A stretch of DNA of 64,000 nucleotides, taken from assembly GCA_000182565.2 (NCBI GenBank), contig KQ257464.1. One strand, written 5' to 3'. Made by a program: the position numbers and the translations under genes. Origin of the DNA: Spizellomyces punctatus DAOM BR117. Taxonomy: Eukaryota. Shown here in pieces: positions 62,501 to 64,000 of the stretch. The notes below the pieces were generated by a model. That model was not told where the DNA came from. It worked only from the letters and a program-made list of their open reading frames with translations, and made no database searches. Positions within the stretch are counted from its first letter, which is position 1. Every line of letters starts with the position of its first letter.

Positions 62501-64000
62501 TCCAGTGTCCTGCCACTTGTCTGGCACTTTGCTGACTTTGAAAGTCCTCTAGGATGCTCTGTAGGTGGACTCTATCCTCCTGGGACGCTAAAGATTCTGT
62601 GAACAGGTTGAGCTCAATTGATGAATCTGGCTATTGTGCAGTCTCTGAGTGACAGCCCACCGTGCAGAACTTTCTCCAAACCAGGCACTCTTTGGTCTCT
62701 TCCCTCATCTTCCTCATTTTCCTTCAATTCCATCAATGGATCAATCTGTCGAATTCCTTCGACCAATGCGTTAAAGGGTGCATCACTCTCCAGCGAATCT
62801 TCCGGCGGAGGAGTTTTGTTGCCAGCACGTTGGAGAAAGACTATTCGAGAGATCTCTTCAGGGTCATGGCGATTAGCAAAGATGGGGGATTCAAGACATG
62901 TCATTTTTCGGGGCTGGCAAATGGTGAATATTCGGTCTCTATGACGTATTCCGCTTGCGCACTTACCGTACGGCAAAGCATCTCTTCAACTGCACGACGC
63001 ATCCCCTTCGCGCTGCATTCTCCATCCCCAGTATCAGAGACGCCAATATCGCTCGAAGTAGGCAAAACTTCTAGGAGAATATCAACCGCATCTCTTGTAG
63101 CGATAAATCCCTCGTTCCTATTCTGGAATGAGCGACGCGCCATAGCTAGAGCTTGAAAGATTAGACCTACAAGAGCAATTCTGTGCTGCTTCGTCCAACG
63201 AAGTCGTTGGTTTCAGGTATCCGCAAAAGAGGGAGCTTGGCGGACACATCCTTCAGAGATGGTGAAGGTTTGAACAATGGATAGGCGGAGGTCCCAGTGG
63301 TCTTTGCTGGTAGGATGGGCTCTTCGAGTTTGGAAAGCTTCCGTCGTCCATCCAACATGGTACCCCCTTCCCCTGCTTATTACAAACGACCTTCAGTCAC
63401 ATGTCACAAGAGTATCTTGAAACTCTACCTTTGATAGTCCTGACCAGAGCACAGTCCGCCTCCTCTTGCCACTGTCCACGAGCAATCTCCTCTAATATCG
63501 CCATATGCCCCACAAATACAACACCATCTCCTTCCTTCCGAAACATGGTTTCGTCCATCGCCCATTCCTCGTCAAGAAGGTCGTCGAGGATATCTCCCAC
63601 CTCTACATCTTCGCGTTCCAAGCCCAGGGATATTGCAAGCGCATTCAACGTCGGTAAAAGGCTTTCTGTGTCATACTCAGTATTGGGAAAGGGCGCCGCT
63701 GAGCCTCTCAGAGTACGCTGGAAGAAGTCCTCTTCCCAACCTGTGGGCATCATCAGGATTCAATTGGTTGCGGAGAGAACACAGAGCTTTGGAATTGACG
63801 CCAACCTTGATCAAAATCCAGCAGATCTTGTAACTCATTGACGACATCTTTCCTCCAGCTGTCATCTTCGTTGGGATCTATGTACAATTCCATATCGAGG
63901 GTCGTCCGTTTGGTGGGAAGTTGGCGAGCAGCTGCAAGATCAGATCGGATGTGTCATCCAATATACCCATTTTTGGATGTAATGAATCACTGTATCTCAC
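59513..64000 (-). CDS. SHOC1/Zip2-like meiotic XPF-domain protein (5' end lies beyond the window)
   Basis: C-terminal LENEFAVDLLERD...DVDLILDERTC (XPF-like fold without ERKxxxD) followed by ERFLSSFPPLNPFTSQIIL (HhH). Whether all exons at 61-64 kb belong to one gene is inferred. Confidence 0.6.

Overview
Gene-dense, intron-rich eukaryotic DNA with short GT-AG introns. Gene content points to an early-diverging, chytrid-like fungus (inference). About 26 protein-coding genes can be reconstructed by eye, mostly housekeeping and mostly in head-to-head pairs: tandem-PH protein, SHMT, TAF8, ATG16-WD40, F-box protein, LIS1, XPF, an EGF-motif membrane protein, V-ATPase E, U2AF65, dolichyl-PP phosphatase, LAS1, TrpRS, PIG-S, Pirh2, a divergent CK2-alpha, PMCA, uL24m, myosin RLC, PPCDC, KAT14/ATAC2, a Uma2-like nuclease, an orphan coiled-coil protein, an SDR, ERB1 and a SHOC1/Zip2-like gene running off the right edge. 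The best hidden feature is a ~150-nt H/ACA snoRNA candidate in intron 1 of the V-ATPase E gene, with a geometrically correct guide pocket for the LSU rRNA. Other highlights: animal-type modules lost in yeasts, forced GAG/AAG splice acceptors, an abrupt compositional shift near 31 kb, and several local duplications. Exon boundaries were read manually and gene spans include introns. No databases or folding software were run.
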